From assembly GCA_964016885.1 (NCBI GenBank), contig OZ024741.1:306714001-306778000 (forward strand): a DNA stretch of 64,000 nucleotides. The letters are read 5' to 3'. Positions 53,101 to 62,965 of the stretch are shown piece after piece (position 1 is the stretch's first letter; every line of letters starts with the position of its first letter). The DNA comes from Eledone cirrhosa. Taxonomy: Eukaryota. The notes beneath the pieces are model-generated. The model was not told the origin of the DNA. It searched no databases and saw only the letters and a program-made list of their open reading frames with translations. The position numbers and the translations under genes are program-made.

Positions 53101-56100
53101 AATGCCTCAACAGATTAAGATCTGGTGTTGGTTGTGCAAAAGTCAATCTGGCAAAATAGGGATATTTAAAGGATGGGGACGTTGTGTGTGACTATGGCAT
53201 CGAACAACAGACTATGCAGCACCTCCTGATATGCCCCTGCACAGCATTGTTCTTGGCAGAGCTTAATGAGAAAGGACAGCAATGTGTTCACCTGTGGTGG
53301 AATCACATCTATCCAAACTTTGTAGCTGACACTCTTCTGGACATGATAAGAAGAATTTCCATTAAAAAAATTGTTGATTTAGAATGACAAAAAGAATCAC
53401 ACAATATATTAGAGGAGTTCGTTATAAAACCAAAGCACTTGGAATTTATGTTTAAATAAAGCAACTTACTTTTTATTAAAAAAATATGCAGTTTATTTTT
53501 TAATGTACTATTGCAGTGTCTATTATATATACATGTAAATGTGCTGTTGATCCTAGTACAGAATAGCCTTTCAAATCTAAACTATAATAAAGGAAGGTCT
53601 GCGGGATTGCGTACGGTTTATTTTTTTTATCCCATTTGTAAAATAAGTTGGATTACTTTGAATAAATAATGAATGAATATTACATAATTTATCTACTAAA
53701 TTTCGTGGCTGTTCATTAAATATATTTTGTTTATTTAAAGATTCACTTCTTTAAAATTTCTGAAATGTCAACACTTCCGGTGGCGATCGCTTAAATAAAC
53801 ATACTAATTTTCCGTCACTAATTTTCTTCTAATACAGTTTATATATAATATCGTCTTTTTTAATGTATCATGGATTACATTACTGATTGCATAAGACTGT
53901 ATAACGCAGTCTTCGTTCAATTTTTATGTATTTTATATTGTCAATTACAATTTTATTTGATGTATCATATCAACATGTATATATACCTGCGTATAATATC
54001 AATATACACACTAGCAGAAAACCACCCGAAGGGTGATTTTTCTGCTAGTAATTTTAATAAAGAAATGCATTGGACATTAAAGAAGAAAATCTTTCCTATT
54101 AGTTCTCACCACATCAAAGAACTATAGCTTGCTAAATTTGTTTGTTAAATTGATGTGATTATAGATCACATGAGTTTGTACCCCTCACCCCCACCCTCGG
54201 ATTTTGTTTCCTCCCAGTTTTTAAATAGTGCATAGTTTTTAATGAAATTTTGCAGATGCAATTTAGAATATGTAGATTATGATTAGTGGTATACTAGTGA
54301 TAAAGTTGTTGGACTTACAATCATAATGTCATGGGTTCAATTCCTGGCTGGGTTGTGTGTTGTGTTCTTGAGAAAAACACTTGATTTCACATTGCGCCAG
54401 TATACTCAGCTGAAAATGTGTATCAGCAATAGCTGGGGGTTTAACCCTGCGATAGACTGGTGTCCTGACCAGGAGGGAGTCTTGTACTTTCACTTGCTTC
54501 ACTCCACAAAACTGGGATAAGCACCGATCTAATGAGCTGCCAGGCTTGAGACAGACTTTAGAGATTATGATTAAGTTGAGGAAATTAATTTTTATGTATA
54601 TTATACATAGTTGTTGGAATGACATTATATCCCTCTTGTTATGCTTTATAGGTCATCTAAAATAGTCAAAATATTCAAAATATCTACAACAACCTTCAAA
54701 AACTTTGGCTTCTGTTTCAGTTGAATGTAAGACAGTAGGTTAAAAATAGATTGACTGAGTTGTCGATCCTGAAGCCTTGGTGTACTCTCGGGTCCCAAAT
54801 AATGAGGGAGGGAGAGCAATAAGTGAGGAGTTGTAAAATGGGCAATTTTTCTAGGTTGCATCCTTCGATTTTTGATAAAAACCAGAATTAGCTGTTTAGT
54901 TTACATATTGAGACCCCCAACCCATTCAATTTGTGTTAAAATGTATAGGATTTCTTGTAATGTTCATTTTTTGTCATGTATAATGTTTTTTTAATGTATA
55001 AAGAAAATCACTTGTTGCAGAAATGCAACTACTTAAAATAAAATTTTGCCGGAGATAGTTTAGCAAAATTTAATAAGCAGGAAAAGGAGGGGGGTGCTGA
55101 AAAATCAATAAGATTATTTAAGACGATTATTCAAGATTATTCAAGTAGTTGTTTTATTTTAAACATTTCTATGAATAAAGACAAATATTGAAATCAATCT
55201 TCATAAAATAAACCAGTTATCAAGTAATTACAGCATATACACACAGAGATTTTTTCAATTGTAGTTTGATAAAATTGTAGTTAGGTGCTTAAATTATTCT
55301 ATTAACTCCGAAACTCTAAATTGTACATTTGCTAAATTTTACTAAAAATTGTGCTAAGCCTTAGTAAAATGGATGAGCTAGAGTTACCCCTAGTAACAAT
55401 ATACACAATATTAATATGATTTAACAAATGAAGAATGCAGTTTACAAGGAACAACACAAACATCAAATTGTTTGAAAATCATCTTTTAGTTTTACCTTGA
55501 TGTTTTGGTGGAGGGCAATCTGTTTCATTACACTTAGCTGTTTTCCCTGGTATCTTTGCTGAAAGAGATAAGTTTTACATGAATATAAGAATTAACTTTT
55601 TATTTCCATAACTTTAGATACCAAAACATATTTTGGTGTTCACCAAACCTATACCAATATTGTCAATATTATATTTGATATATAAAACTGTTTTAAAATT
55701 GTCTTAGTAATACCTTGAGTTGATGTGGGAGGGCATTTGCTATTGGTACATTCTATTGTTCCTTCCACCCTGCATTTACACATATTACAATTGTCTGCAG
55801 AATTGAATATCTGCCCGCTTATGTATATTTTTCCATTGTAGCGGCATTCTTTAGAAATGAGATTGTTCTCCTTTGTAAGTTCTGGAAGATTACATGAATA
55901 AAATATGAATTTGAAGATCTTCATCATTCACATAAAAGTACTCGGCTAGCCCAGTGAACTTTTATATGTAAGATGAAGAGAGAATTACATATAGTCTTTG
56001 ATACAGTCTAACAAATGTGTAACAGCATACAAATAATTAACAGACTTGATGAATGGAGAGCCAAGATAGCAGGAACGACACACGGCACAGATTTTTAATT

Positions 56101-59100
56101 ATCAATTGATATATATCTTTTACTACATACATTGTTTGAAAATCATATTTTAGTCTTACCTGTATGTTTCGTTGGCTCGCATGACCCATCTTTACACATA
56201 TCCGTGTTCTGTGATGTGTTTCCTTGAAGAGAGAGGTTTTAAATGGATCTAAGAATTAACTTTTCACTTCCATTTTTATAACTTTATATATCAAAACATA
56301 TTTTTATCACCAAACCTATATTCCCATAGCAACATTACCAATATAACATTTGATATATAAAGCTGTTTTAAAATTATTTTTTTAGTATTACCTTGAGTTG
56401 TACTGTTAAGACACATTTTTTTGGTGCAGTCTATACTTCCTTTGTTCTTACATTTGCATTTATTACACTTATCTATTGTAATGAATACTTGTCCAATTAC
56501 AAATATTTTTCCATTGTAGAGACATTCTTTAGGAATGGGAGCTGCTCGGTTTGCAAAATCTGGAATATAAGTTTTACATGAATGAAATATGAATTTGAAG
56601 ATGTACACTATCACTCACATAAAATACTTGGTTAACTCAGTGAGTTTTTATACATACGAGGGTGGGCTGAAAAGTTCATAGGCTGACTATGAAGGAATGA
56701 TGCTAAGGCAGTGAAATCTTACATTCATTAATTTAAACTGTTTTTATTAATAACTGCATTGTTTCTTTTCCAGGTAAACTGACATCTGATTGTTCAAAGA
56801 AGTCTTCAAAAATAACTAGTAGTGATTTATCTTGAAAATGAACAAAATTTGGTTTTGTAGTGTTATCAAGTACCTGCAGAATAAAGGTTTAGCCCCCAAG
56901 AACAATCATGCTGACATGGTAGCTACATTAGGGGAAGACACTCCAGCTTTATCGACAGTGAAAAATGGGCAGTTAAATTTAGGAGGGAAGTGAGAATCTT
57001 GAAGATGGTCCAAGGTCTGGATGCCCTGCAATTGCCGCCAAGAAAAACATTAACCATGTTCATCATATGGTGATGGATGACAAGTGATTGACTATAAATC
57101 AAATAGTCAATGCATATTCCATGAGAGAGTTGAGAATATTCTGCACCATTAACTTGGCATGATGAAGGTTTCTGCTTGGTGGGTGCTATGTCTTCTGACA
57201 CCAGATCAAAAGTGTACCAGGCTGATCACACCATGAGAAAATCTGACATTGTTGGATGTAGATTCAGATGGTTTCCTTGAATGTTTCCTAATCCAGGATG
57301 AGTGTTGGATTCATAACTTTGAGCCAGAGACAAAGAGAGAATCCATGCAGTAGAAACTACCTTCCTCACCTACACCAAAAGAGGTCAAGGTCATTTCATC
57401 TGCAAGAAAGGTGAAGGCCTCAGTTTGTTGAAATGCAAAAGGCATTGTGTTTATTGACTATCTTCAAAAGGGCCACACCATCAATGGAGAGTACTATACC
57501 AATTTGCTGAAGCAGTTATGAAAGGTTTTCGAGACCAAACACCTAAGAAAATTGACGAAAGGGGTTTTGTTTCATCAATGCATAGGTCCTTGGTTTCAAT
57601 GGTTGCTGTGTATGACTGTTGCTTCGAACTGGTTGATCACCCTCCCTATTCTCCTGATTTGGCTTCATTTGACTATCATCTGTTGTTCAATTTGAAAAAG
57701 CACTTGGCCGGTAACCAGTATAGCAGTGAAGATGAAGTCATATCTGCTGTTGATGAAAGCTTCTTCACTGATGGGATACAAGCACAGCAACACCAATGAA
57801 AGAAATGTGTGGACTGAAAAATAAGCCTCATATTGTCAGATTCCTTGAGAGTATCTTGATCAACCTATTAACTTTTTAGCTGACACTTGTAAGATGAAAA
57901 GAGAATTACTTATGGTGCAATAGTCTAAAAGAATGAAAGAAAGTTTAAAAACACAAAATTATTTTTCATAGTTCCAAGTCTTTGATACATTCTAACAAAT
58001 GTGTAACTACTTACAAATAACTAACATGACTTGATGAATGGAGAGCCAAGATATCAGGAACAACACACAGCAAAGATTTTAAATTATCAATTGATATATG
58101 TCTTTGACGTCATACATTGTTTGAAAATCCTATTTTAGTCTTACCTGCACGTTTTGTTGATAGGCATGACAAATCTTTACACATATCCATTTTCTGTGAT
58201 GTGTTTTCTTGATGTGTTTAATGAATCTAAGAATTAACTTTTCATTTCCATTTTTATAACTTTAAATATCAAAACATATTTTTATCACCAAACCTATATC
58301 CCCATAGCAACATTACCAATATTACATGTGCTATATAAAGCTGTTTTTTATATATAAAGCTATTTGTTTAGTATTACCTTGAGTTGTACTGTTAAGACAC
58401 ATTTTTTTGGTGCAGTCTATACTTCCTTTGTTCTTACATTTGCACTTATTACACTTAGCTATTGTAATGAATACTTGTCCAATTACATATATTTTTCCAT
58501 TGTAAAAATCAACATTAATATGAAGACAAGTCCCATCACATTATTTAACTATTTTGAAATTCATGTACAATATGTCACCCCACAAAGAAGTTACTTTCCT
58601 TTAGACCCAAGAAAAACAATGAATTCTAACACATAACATTCAGTACATTCTATTTCAAAATAAAATTTCCATACCAGGTAGTAAATTTTTGAAAATACAT
58701 TTTTTTTTGGTACACTCTATACTTCCATAGGCCTTGCATTTGCACTTATTACAGCCATCTGGAGCACTGAACACCTGTCCAAATATGTATATGTGTCCAT
58801 GGGAGTGACATAAATGGAAATTTACCCTCTGGGGTTCTGAAAGAAAAAATTTTACATGTGTTTCTGATAAAGTAGAATATGTTCTTCATCGATATTTGGT
58901 CAGCTTATTGTGCTGTTTATATTTAAGATGAAATTGTCTCAGAGATCTAGGCAAAAGATAAACAAGTAAATTAAATTGTTTACTTTAGTTCCAATTTTCT
59001 AAGATTATTTAACAGAAGAGACATAATATATGAATCATTAATATGACTCGATGCCATGAGAGTGGAGAGAAATATGTTTATAAGAAGCACTGAAGTCAGA

Positions 59101-59641
59101 CTAAAAATGAACTTGAAGTATACACAAGTAAAACTCTCACGATCACTTTAAATATTAGGCATCACCATTACTGAGAGTCTTACATCAGTTCAGGTTCTTC
59201 CAACTAAATCGTTTCTACTCTTCTCATCACCCTCAATACGACTCATCCCCAACCACACACTCATTATGTTAACAGAATGTCATCTTACTGGAATTACTTC
59301 TACACCCATATTTCCTCTGCATCCATCAACTTGAAGAATGTCTCAGAAGAATGTTTATGACACCAATCTCACCTGTCTTGGAGAGTATGCGAGTGCCATG
59401 TGTTCAACAATTTCTCCAGAGTAAAACTGAACAAACGCTGTACCATATTTTTAAAAAAAACATTGCTTAGTTTTACCTGCAGTTGTAGTTGGAAAACATG
59501 TTTTTTTAGAACATGTCACACTTCCATTGCTATGGCAACGACAGGTATTACACTGGTCATCAGCTGCGAATACCTCTTTAGGTTTGTATTTTCTATCATG
59601 GTAGTGACACCGTATGTCCCTTTTGTTAGACACTAGTGTTT
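3265..59641 (-). CDS. Multi-exon gene (5'-incomplete) for a Cys-rich modular protein: five VWC-N/pacifastin-like modules plus ten CxxxxC microexon modules
   Basis: 15 exons with AG acceptors; the 14 internal ones also have GT donors, are phase 1-1 and have lengths divisible by 3 (63, 162, 165, 168 nt). They join into one open frame ending in TGA at 3265. Joining them into a single gene is inference. Confidence 0.75.
3714..3791 (-). CDS. Possible 78-nt Ser/Thr-rich linker exon
   Basis: Phase 1-1 open frame [26 protein letters not shown] with donor gtatgg, but it needs an unusual GAG acceptor (ttttttaactcaagag). Confidence 0.3.
5866..6568 (+). mobile_element. Non-autonomous hAT element (MITE-like) nested in the larger hAT
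   Basis: TSD gtcattgg at 5858-5865 and 6569-6576. TIRs cagggctggcgc / gcgccggccctg. Remnant transposase C-terminus [30 protein letters not shown] at ~6325-6430. Confidence 0.88.
6787..7501. mobile_element. Probable solo LTR (Gypsy-like, 4-bp TSD)
   Basis: Ends tataacg...cattaca, a degenerate TGTAA..TTACA, flanked by atgc on both sides. Internal ~95-bp direct repeat, TATAAA at ~7008 and AATAAA at ~7392. Confidence 0.6.
7534..10278 (+). pseudogene. hAT transposase pseudogene
   Basis: WLTYS..LFCTVC zinc finger, [32 protein letters not shown] and [18 protein letters not shown] dimerisation motif. Split across four ORFs by frameshifts and a stop. Acceptor ccatttcag at 7533. Confidence 0.9.
13200..15380 (+). 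mobile_element. Highly degenerate L1/Tx1-like LINE (ORF1 remnant plus APE endonuclease)
   Basis: [14 protein letters not shown] at 14027, [13 protein letters not shown] and GYWKLNAS motifs, with many stops. Ends approximate. Confidence 0.7.
16412..16474 (-). CDS. 63-nt microexon A: [21 protein letters not shown]
   Basis: Acceptor ttatttttcag, donor G|gtaaga, phase 1-1, open frame. Confidence 0.85.
17316..17378 (-). CDS. 63-nt microexon B: [21 protein letters not shown]
   Basis: Identical to exon A, 904 bp away, with intact splice sites. Confidence 0.85.
20821..22752 (+). mobile_element. 5'-truncated young RTE LINE inserted in a (TA)n tract
   Basis: RT ORF to 21804 ([15 protein letters not shown]), then a frameshift, the 3' UTR and a (GAT)n tail. 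Absent at the paralogous (TA)n site at ~26930-27050. Confidence 0.93.
23474..23536 (-). CDS. 63-nt microexon C: [21 protein letters not shown]
   Basis: Intact ttttcag acceptor and gtaaga donor; open frame. Confidence 0.85.
27657..27719 (-). CDS. 63-nt microexon D: [21 protein letters not shown]
   Basis: Intact splice sites; open frame. Confidence 0.85.
29171..32468 (-). mobile_element. Near full-length RTEX/RTE-like LINE (APE plus RT), frameshifted
   Basis: [60 protein letters not shown] and GRPRLTY motifs; A-rich tail. Inserted in a (TA)n tract that is empty in the other units. Confidence 0.9.
33730..33792 (-). CDS. 63-nt microexon E: [21 protein letters not shown]
   Basis: Intact splice sites; open frame. 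Confidence 0.85.
36177..36239 (-). CDS. 63-nt microexon F: [21 protein letters not shown]
   Basis: Intact splice sites; open frame. Confidence 0.85.
36484..39630 (-). mobile_element. hAT Buster/Charlie-type transposon with a fragmented ZBED5/SCAND3-like transposase
   Basis: TIRs cagtggtcgccaac / gttggcgaccactg. TSD acaTAgac at 36476-36483 and 39631-39638. Motifs [34 protein letters not shown] and SYLCEKGFS. The empty site is visible in other units. Confidence 0.95.
42480..47395 (+). mobile_element. Penelope-like element (RT plus GIY-YIG), 5'-truncated, flanked by long inverted repeats
   Basis: [41 protein letters not shown] and VIYKC...YIGST motifs at ~44300-46130. The region ~42612-44235 is the reverse complement of ~46132-47392. 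Confidence 0.9.
43548..43872 (-). mobile_element. SINE inserted in the left inverted-repeat arm only
   Basis: tRNA-like head (tagtggttagagc...gtgagttcaattct on the minus strand) and an RTE-like 3' tail. Missing from the right arm. Confidence 0.75.
47507..47571 (+). ncRNA. Candidate minimal type I hammerhead ribozyme (Penelope-associated type)
   Basis: tattttat-CTGATGA-aagcgtacca/tggtaccctt (stem II)-GAAA-tatata-ATA-ataaaata. Stem I is tattttat/ataaaata; stem III is short and palindromic. Confidence 0.65.
47707..50040 (-). mobile_element. Young RTE LINE with an uninterrupted RT-to-stop frame, 5'-truncated
   Basis: The frame from ~50040 to the stop at 48204 carries all RT motifs and a PHD-like CxxC..CxxC..HxxC..CxxC segment. 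(CAT)n tail at 47707. Same family as 20821-22752 but in opposite orientation. Confidence 0.95.
50789..50851 (-). CDS. 63-nt microexon G: [21 protein letters not shown]
   Basis: Intact splice sites; open frame. Confidence 0.85.
53040..53356 (+). mobile_element. 3' fragment of a LINE (C-terminal CCHC region)
   Basis: [12 protein letters not shown]...[17 protein letters not shown] followed by a short (AAG)-like tail. Confidence 0.6.
53576..54048 (+). mobile_element. Non-autonomous Helitron-like element
   Basis: Starts a|TCtaaactataataaag and ends CTAG|t, with a terminal hairpin ctagcagaaaaccaccc-gaa-gggtgatttttctgctag. Confidence 0.55.
55496..55558 (-). CDS. 63-nt divergent microexon: [21 protein letters not shown]
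   Basis: Acceptor ctcttttcag, donor G|gtaaaa, phase 1-1. Confidence 0.85.
55714..55881 (-). CDS. 168-nt six-Cys module exon
   Basis: Acceptor taatcttccag, donor G|gtatta. Encodes [56 protein letters not shown]. Confidence 0.88.
56160..56222 (-). CDS. 63-nt divergent microexon: [21 protein letters not shown]
   Basis: Acceptor ctctctcttcaag, donor G|gtaaga. Confidence 0.8.
56392..56559 (-). CDS. 168-nt six-Cys module exon
   Basis: Acceptor tatattccag, donor G|gtaata. Encodes [56 protein letters not shown]. Confidence 0.88.
56657..57889 (+). mobile_element. Degenerate mariner transposon
   Basis: TA-flanked TIRs cgagggtgggctgaaaagttcatagg / cctattaactttttagctgacacttg. QDECW and [13 protein letters not shown] motifs. 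Paralogous empty site at ~55969. Confidence 0.9.
58145..58207 (-). CDS. 63-nt divergent microexon: [21 protein letters not shown]
   Basis: Paralog of 56160-56222 with donor G|gtaaga. The acceptor cacatcaag has lost its polypyrimidine tract. Confidence 0.6.
58378..58504 (-). pseudogene. 5'-truncated duplicate of the 56392-56559 exon
   Basis: Encodes [42 protein letters not shown] with an intact donor, but has no first Cys and no acceptor. Confidence 0.8.
58675..58836 (-). CDS. 162-nt six-Cys module exon (absent from the ORF track)
   Basis: Acceptor tttttctttcag, donor G|gtatgg. Encodes [54 protein letters not shown]. Confidence 0.88.
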
Positions 59642-59912
59642 CTGAAATAGAAATTTTAGACAGAATTAAGTGAAATTTGAAAGTGCTGTTCCTCAGAAAA
59701 AGAGCAAAATGGTCAACTCATAATGCTTTATATGGAACTAGATGACTACAATGTGAGTCATCCCAACCACACATTCATGATACAAAGTCATTCCACAACA
59801 GAACATCATCTTACGGAAATTCCTTCTATGCCCATATTTCCTCTGCATACATCAACTTGAAGAATGTTTCAGAAGAATGTCTTGGAGATTATGCTAATCC
59901 CATGGGTTCAAC
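59260..59912. repeat. ~150-bp direct repeat on both sides of the 59477 exon
   Basis: actcatccccaaccacac...cccatatttcctctgcat..catcaacttgaagaatgt at ~59260-59410 and ~59755-59912. Confidence 0.75.
59477..59641 (-). CDS. 165-nt six-Cys module exon
   Basis: Acceptor tttctatttcag, donor G|gtaaaa. Encodes [55 protein letters not shown]. Confidence 0.88.
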
Positions 59913-60527
59913 CAGACCAAAACATTATCATCATCATCACTATATATTTATTTTCTCTTATAGTATTGGTTGGATAGGTTAACATGATTTGAGACTAGAT
60001 GGGTTAGGGGACCACAACTTGCTCATATGCCTCAATCTTTGTCATGGTTTCTAAAGCTAGATGCTGGTCTTAATGCCGACCACTATACACTCTACTGGGT
60101 TGGATGGGATGACATAGTCTGAGACTAGATGGGTCAGAGGAAATCTTGCTCATCATTGGCATGGTTTTACAGCTATATGTCCTTCTTAATGTCAACCTCT
60201 TTATAAAGTGTATTGGATTTAATTTATTGTCGCACTAGGACTACTAACCTAGAGAGTGTAGTAAGTGAATTTTATCGCGGAACTAACACAACTATTTTAC
60301 TAATAAAAATCCAGTGACAAATAATATATACATACATACACACACACACATATATATATATGATCATTGCTTAACATCTATATTCCACACTAGCATGGAT
60401 AGGACGGGCTGTCCCTTTGTGAGGAATCATGTCGAGGGACTGTGATTCCCTCACACAGAATTGATTTTGGCTCGCTTACTATGGCTGAATGCTCTTCCTA
60501 ACGCCAACCACATTAACAGTGTATATG

Positions 60528-61410
60528 CAGGGTGCGGACGATATTTGTTCGCAATTTTCAACTGCTAATTTTATGCAATTTTTTGTCACACTTGTCTTCA
60601 TAAAAACAGTTACTATATTTCCATTATTTATTTTCAGAATAATTGATTATGAATAATTTTGAACCTCCAAATTTGTGGAAGAGATACGGAGTTCTTCTTG
60701 GAATCTGTGCCGGGAAGACAAATAAGACCAGAAGATCAACTCCCAGAACAACAGGTGGCTCGCAGTCTCATCCAAAGACATGCCCAGAGTCATGCAGACA
60801 AAGTTTCCAGCGACAACATTGGTCTTAGGTGTCGTCAGCAGTTAAGGTGACGTCATGCCACCTAACTTCTTCCCTGAGGGCCTCAAGCTGAACACCGATG
60901 GCTACTACATCCGCGTTCTGAGAGAGATAGTAAAGCCCTGGATCGACCAGATAGCTGCAGGTAGGCCGTACGTCTGGCAGCAAGACTCAGCACCCTGCCA
61001 TACCAGCCGAAAGACCCAAGCCTGGCTGTCAGAGAACTTCGTCAACCACACTTCACCTGTCATCTAGCCTCCCAGCTTGCCTGACTGAAACCCCCTCGAC
61101 TTCTTTGTGTGGGGCGCAGTGGAATGAGACACCAACAGATCTAGCTGTAATACAAAAGATGATCTGAAGGCCAGGATCACAAGTGCCTTTAGGGGCCTAA
61201 GTCAGGGGACAGTGACGAAGGCTTGTAGCCGGTTCCGAGGCCGCCTTGAGGCCGTCATCAAAGCCAATGGTGGGTTTATCAAGTGAGATCGAAAGAACAA
61301 GTCCTGAAGACAAACTGACCCAAGTTTGATAAATAAATCTTAAAAAATAAAACTACTGTGTTACTTTTTCCTAGACAGTAATCTTGCGAACAGATATCGT
61401 CTGCACTCTG
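60528..61410 (+). mobile_element. Internally deleted Tc1/mariner element, DD37D (maT) type
   Basis: TIRs cagggtgcggacgatatttgttcgcaa / ttgcgaacagatatcgtctgcactctg. 37 residues lie between the D of WQQDSAPCH and the D of NPLD. Confidence 0.88.
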
Positions 61411-61802
61411 TATATATATATATACATACATACACAGACACATACAGTTCAAGAAATTACAAGAAAAACACAGTCTTACTAGTATCATGCTAGGAGGAAG
61501 TAGAAGAGGGTTTGGCATTTTGGACAGAAGTCCTTCCTTCAGGAAATAGAGAATTCAGAGAGAGAAAAGGTTGGAACATCAGAGTTGTGTTTTTCCCATT
61601 TACTTTATATACACGCATACACATCATTCAAAAGAAATCATCAGGGCTTTCCTGATGATTTCTTTTGAATGAAACAGTTCTAGTCATGTAAAAGTCATCT
61701 CTATATTAAACTAGATGTTTACACTCTACTAATGTATTGGGTAGCTTACTAGCTGTGGTTACCTCCAATTAAACCCAGGACTCATACACACACACACATA
61801 TA

Positions 61803-62011
61803 TATAATAAAATAAAACAAGGATGAGTGGTTACCCCTTCATTACTTTTATTGGTTGGTGATGCGTGTTTCGCCACTGATCAGCCGTGGATTACAGAGTC
61901 GGGCTAAATCAATACAGATTGAACCTTCAGCTGATTGGTGGTGAAACGCACGTCACCAACCAACAAAAGTAATGAAGGAGTAACCACTCGTCCTTGTTTT
62001 ATTTTATTATA
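61803..62011. repeat. Inverted repeat with ~75-bp arms carrying hammerhead-like 3' halves
   Basis: taataaaataaaacaaggatgagtggttac...gtttcgccac pairs with gtggtgaaac...gtaaccactcgtccttgttttattttatta. Confidence 0.8.
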
Positions 62012-62111
62012 CTACACTCTGTCTAGCTCTACACCTCGATACAGAAGTGAACCTAAACACCGAGTGCTCACCCAGGTGAGCCTACAGTAACTCCACGTTA
62101 CACTCCCTGGA

Positions 62112-62965
62112 TATCATCATCATCACTGTTTTACGTCCATTCTTCCACACTAGCATGGGTTAGACGGGTTGTCTTGTTGTGGGCAGTGTCCAATCGGCTG
62201 ACCTTGTCTTGTTCATACAGGAACTGATTTTGGCTTGATTTCTACAGCTGGATGCCCTTCCTAACACCAACCTCATTTACAGTGAGTGCTGGGTGCTTTT
62301 TCCATGGCGCCTACACGTCCACTTTACAGTGTAGGCTGGGTGCTTTTTTGCCATGGCACCTCCACGACCACTTTTAAGTGGGAGAGGGTGGGGGCATATT
62401 GTCTACATGCTTTAGCTTCAGCTTGTACCTGTGGGAAGTCGAATCTTCTGTATTACTGTATGACGCCAGCGGTCACAGTCGTGTGTCATCACCCTTGAGA
62501 GGTGCAGTTGGGTTAGATCGGCTTTTATCACCTCATCGCAGGTCTTCTTGGGTCTCCCCACTCCGCGGCTTCCATTGACTTCTAGTGCTCTGCACCTTTT
62601 TATGCAGCTGTCATCCTTCATGCGCATCACATGTCCATACCAACGCACCTTCCTCTCCTGCACATAGAATTTGATTCCTCTTATGCTCAGTCTCTCTCAA
62701 TTCGTTTATGCTTTGCCGTTCGTGTATATTACTATTACACATCCATCAGAGCATGCAAGCTTCATTTCTTTCTAATCTATGCAAGTCTTCAACAGACAGT
62801 GCCCAGGTCTCACTACCATGTAACATTGCTGTTCATATACATCATCATACAGTCTGCCTTTCATTTTGAGGGGAAAGCCTTTTGCAGCTTGCAGTGGCAG
62901 TAGCTCCCTGAACTTCTTCTATCCCATTCTTACCCTAGTTATTGTACTTTCCGAAAACCCATCTC
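62112..62965 (-). mobile_element. RTE LINE 3' fragment
   Basis: [12 protein letters not shown]...GRPKKT motif and a (CAT)n tail at ~62113. Confidence 0.85.

Noticed and set aside
54290-54550. tRNA gene
   Set aside because: Only degenerate A/B-box-like motifs followed by a SINE body; no cloverleaf.
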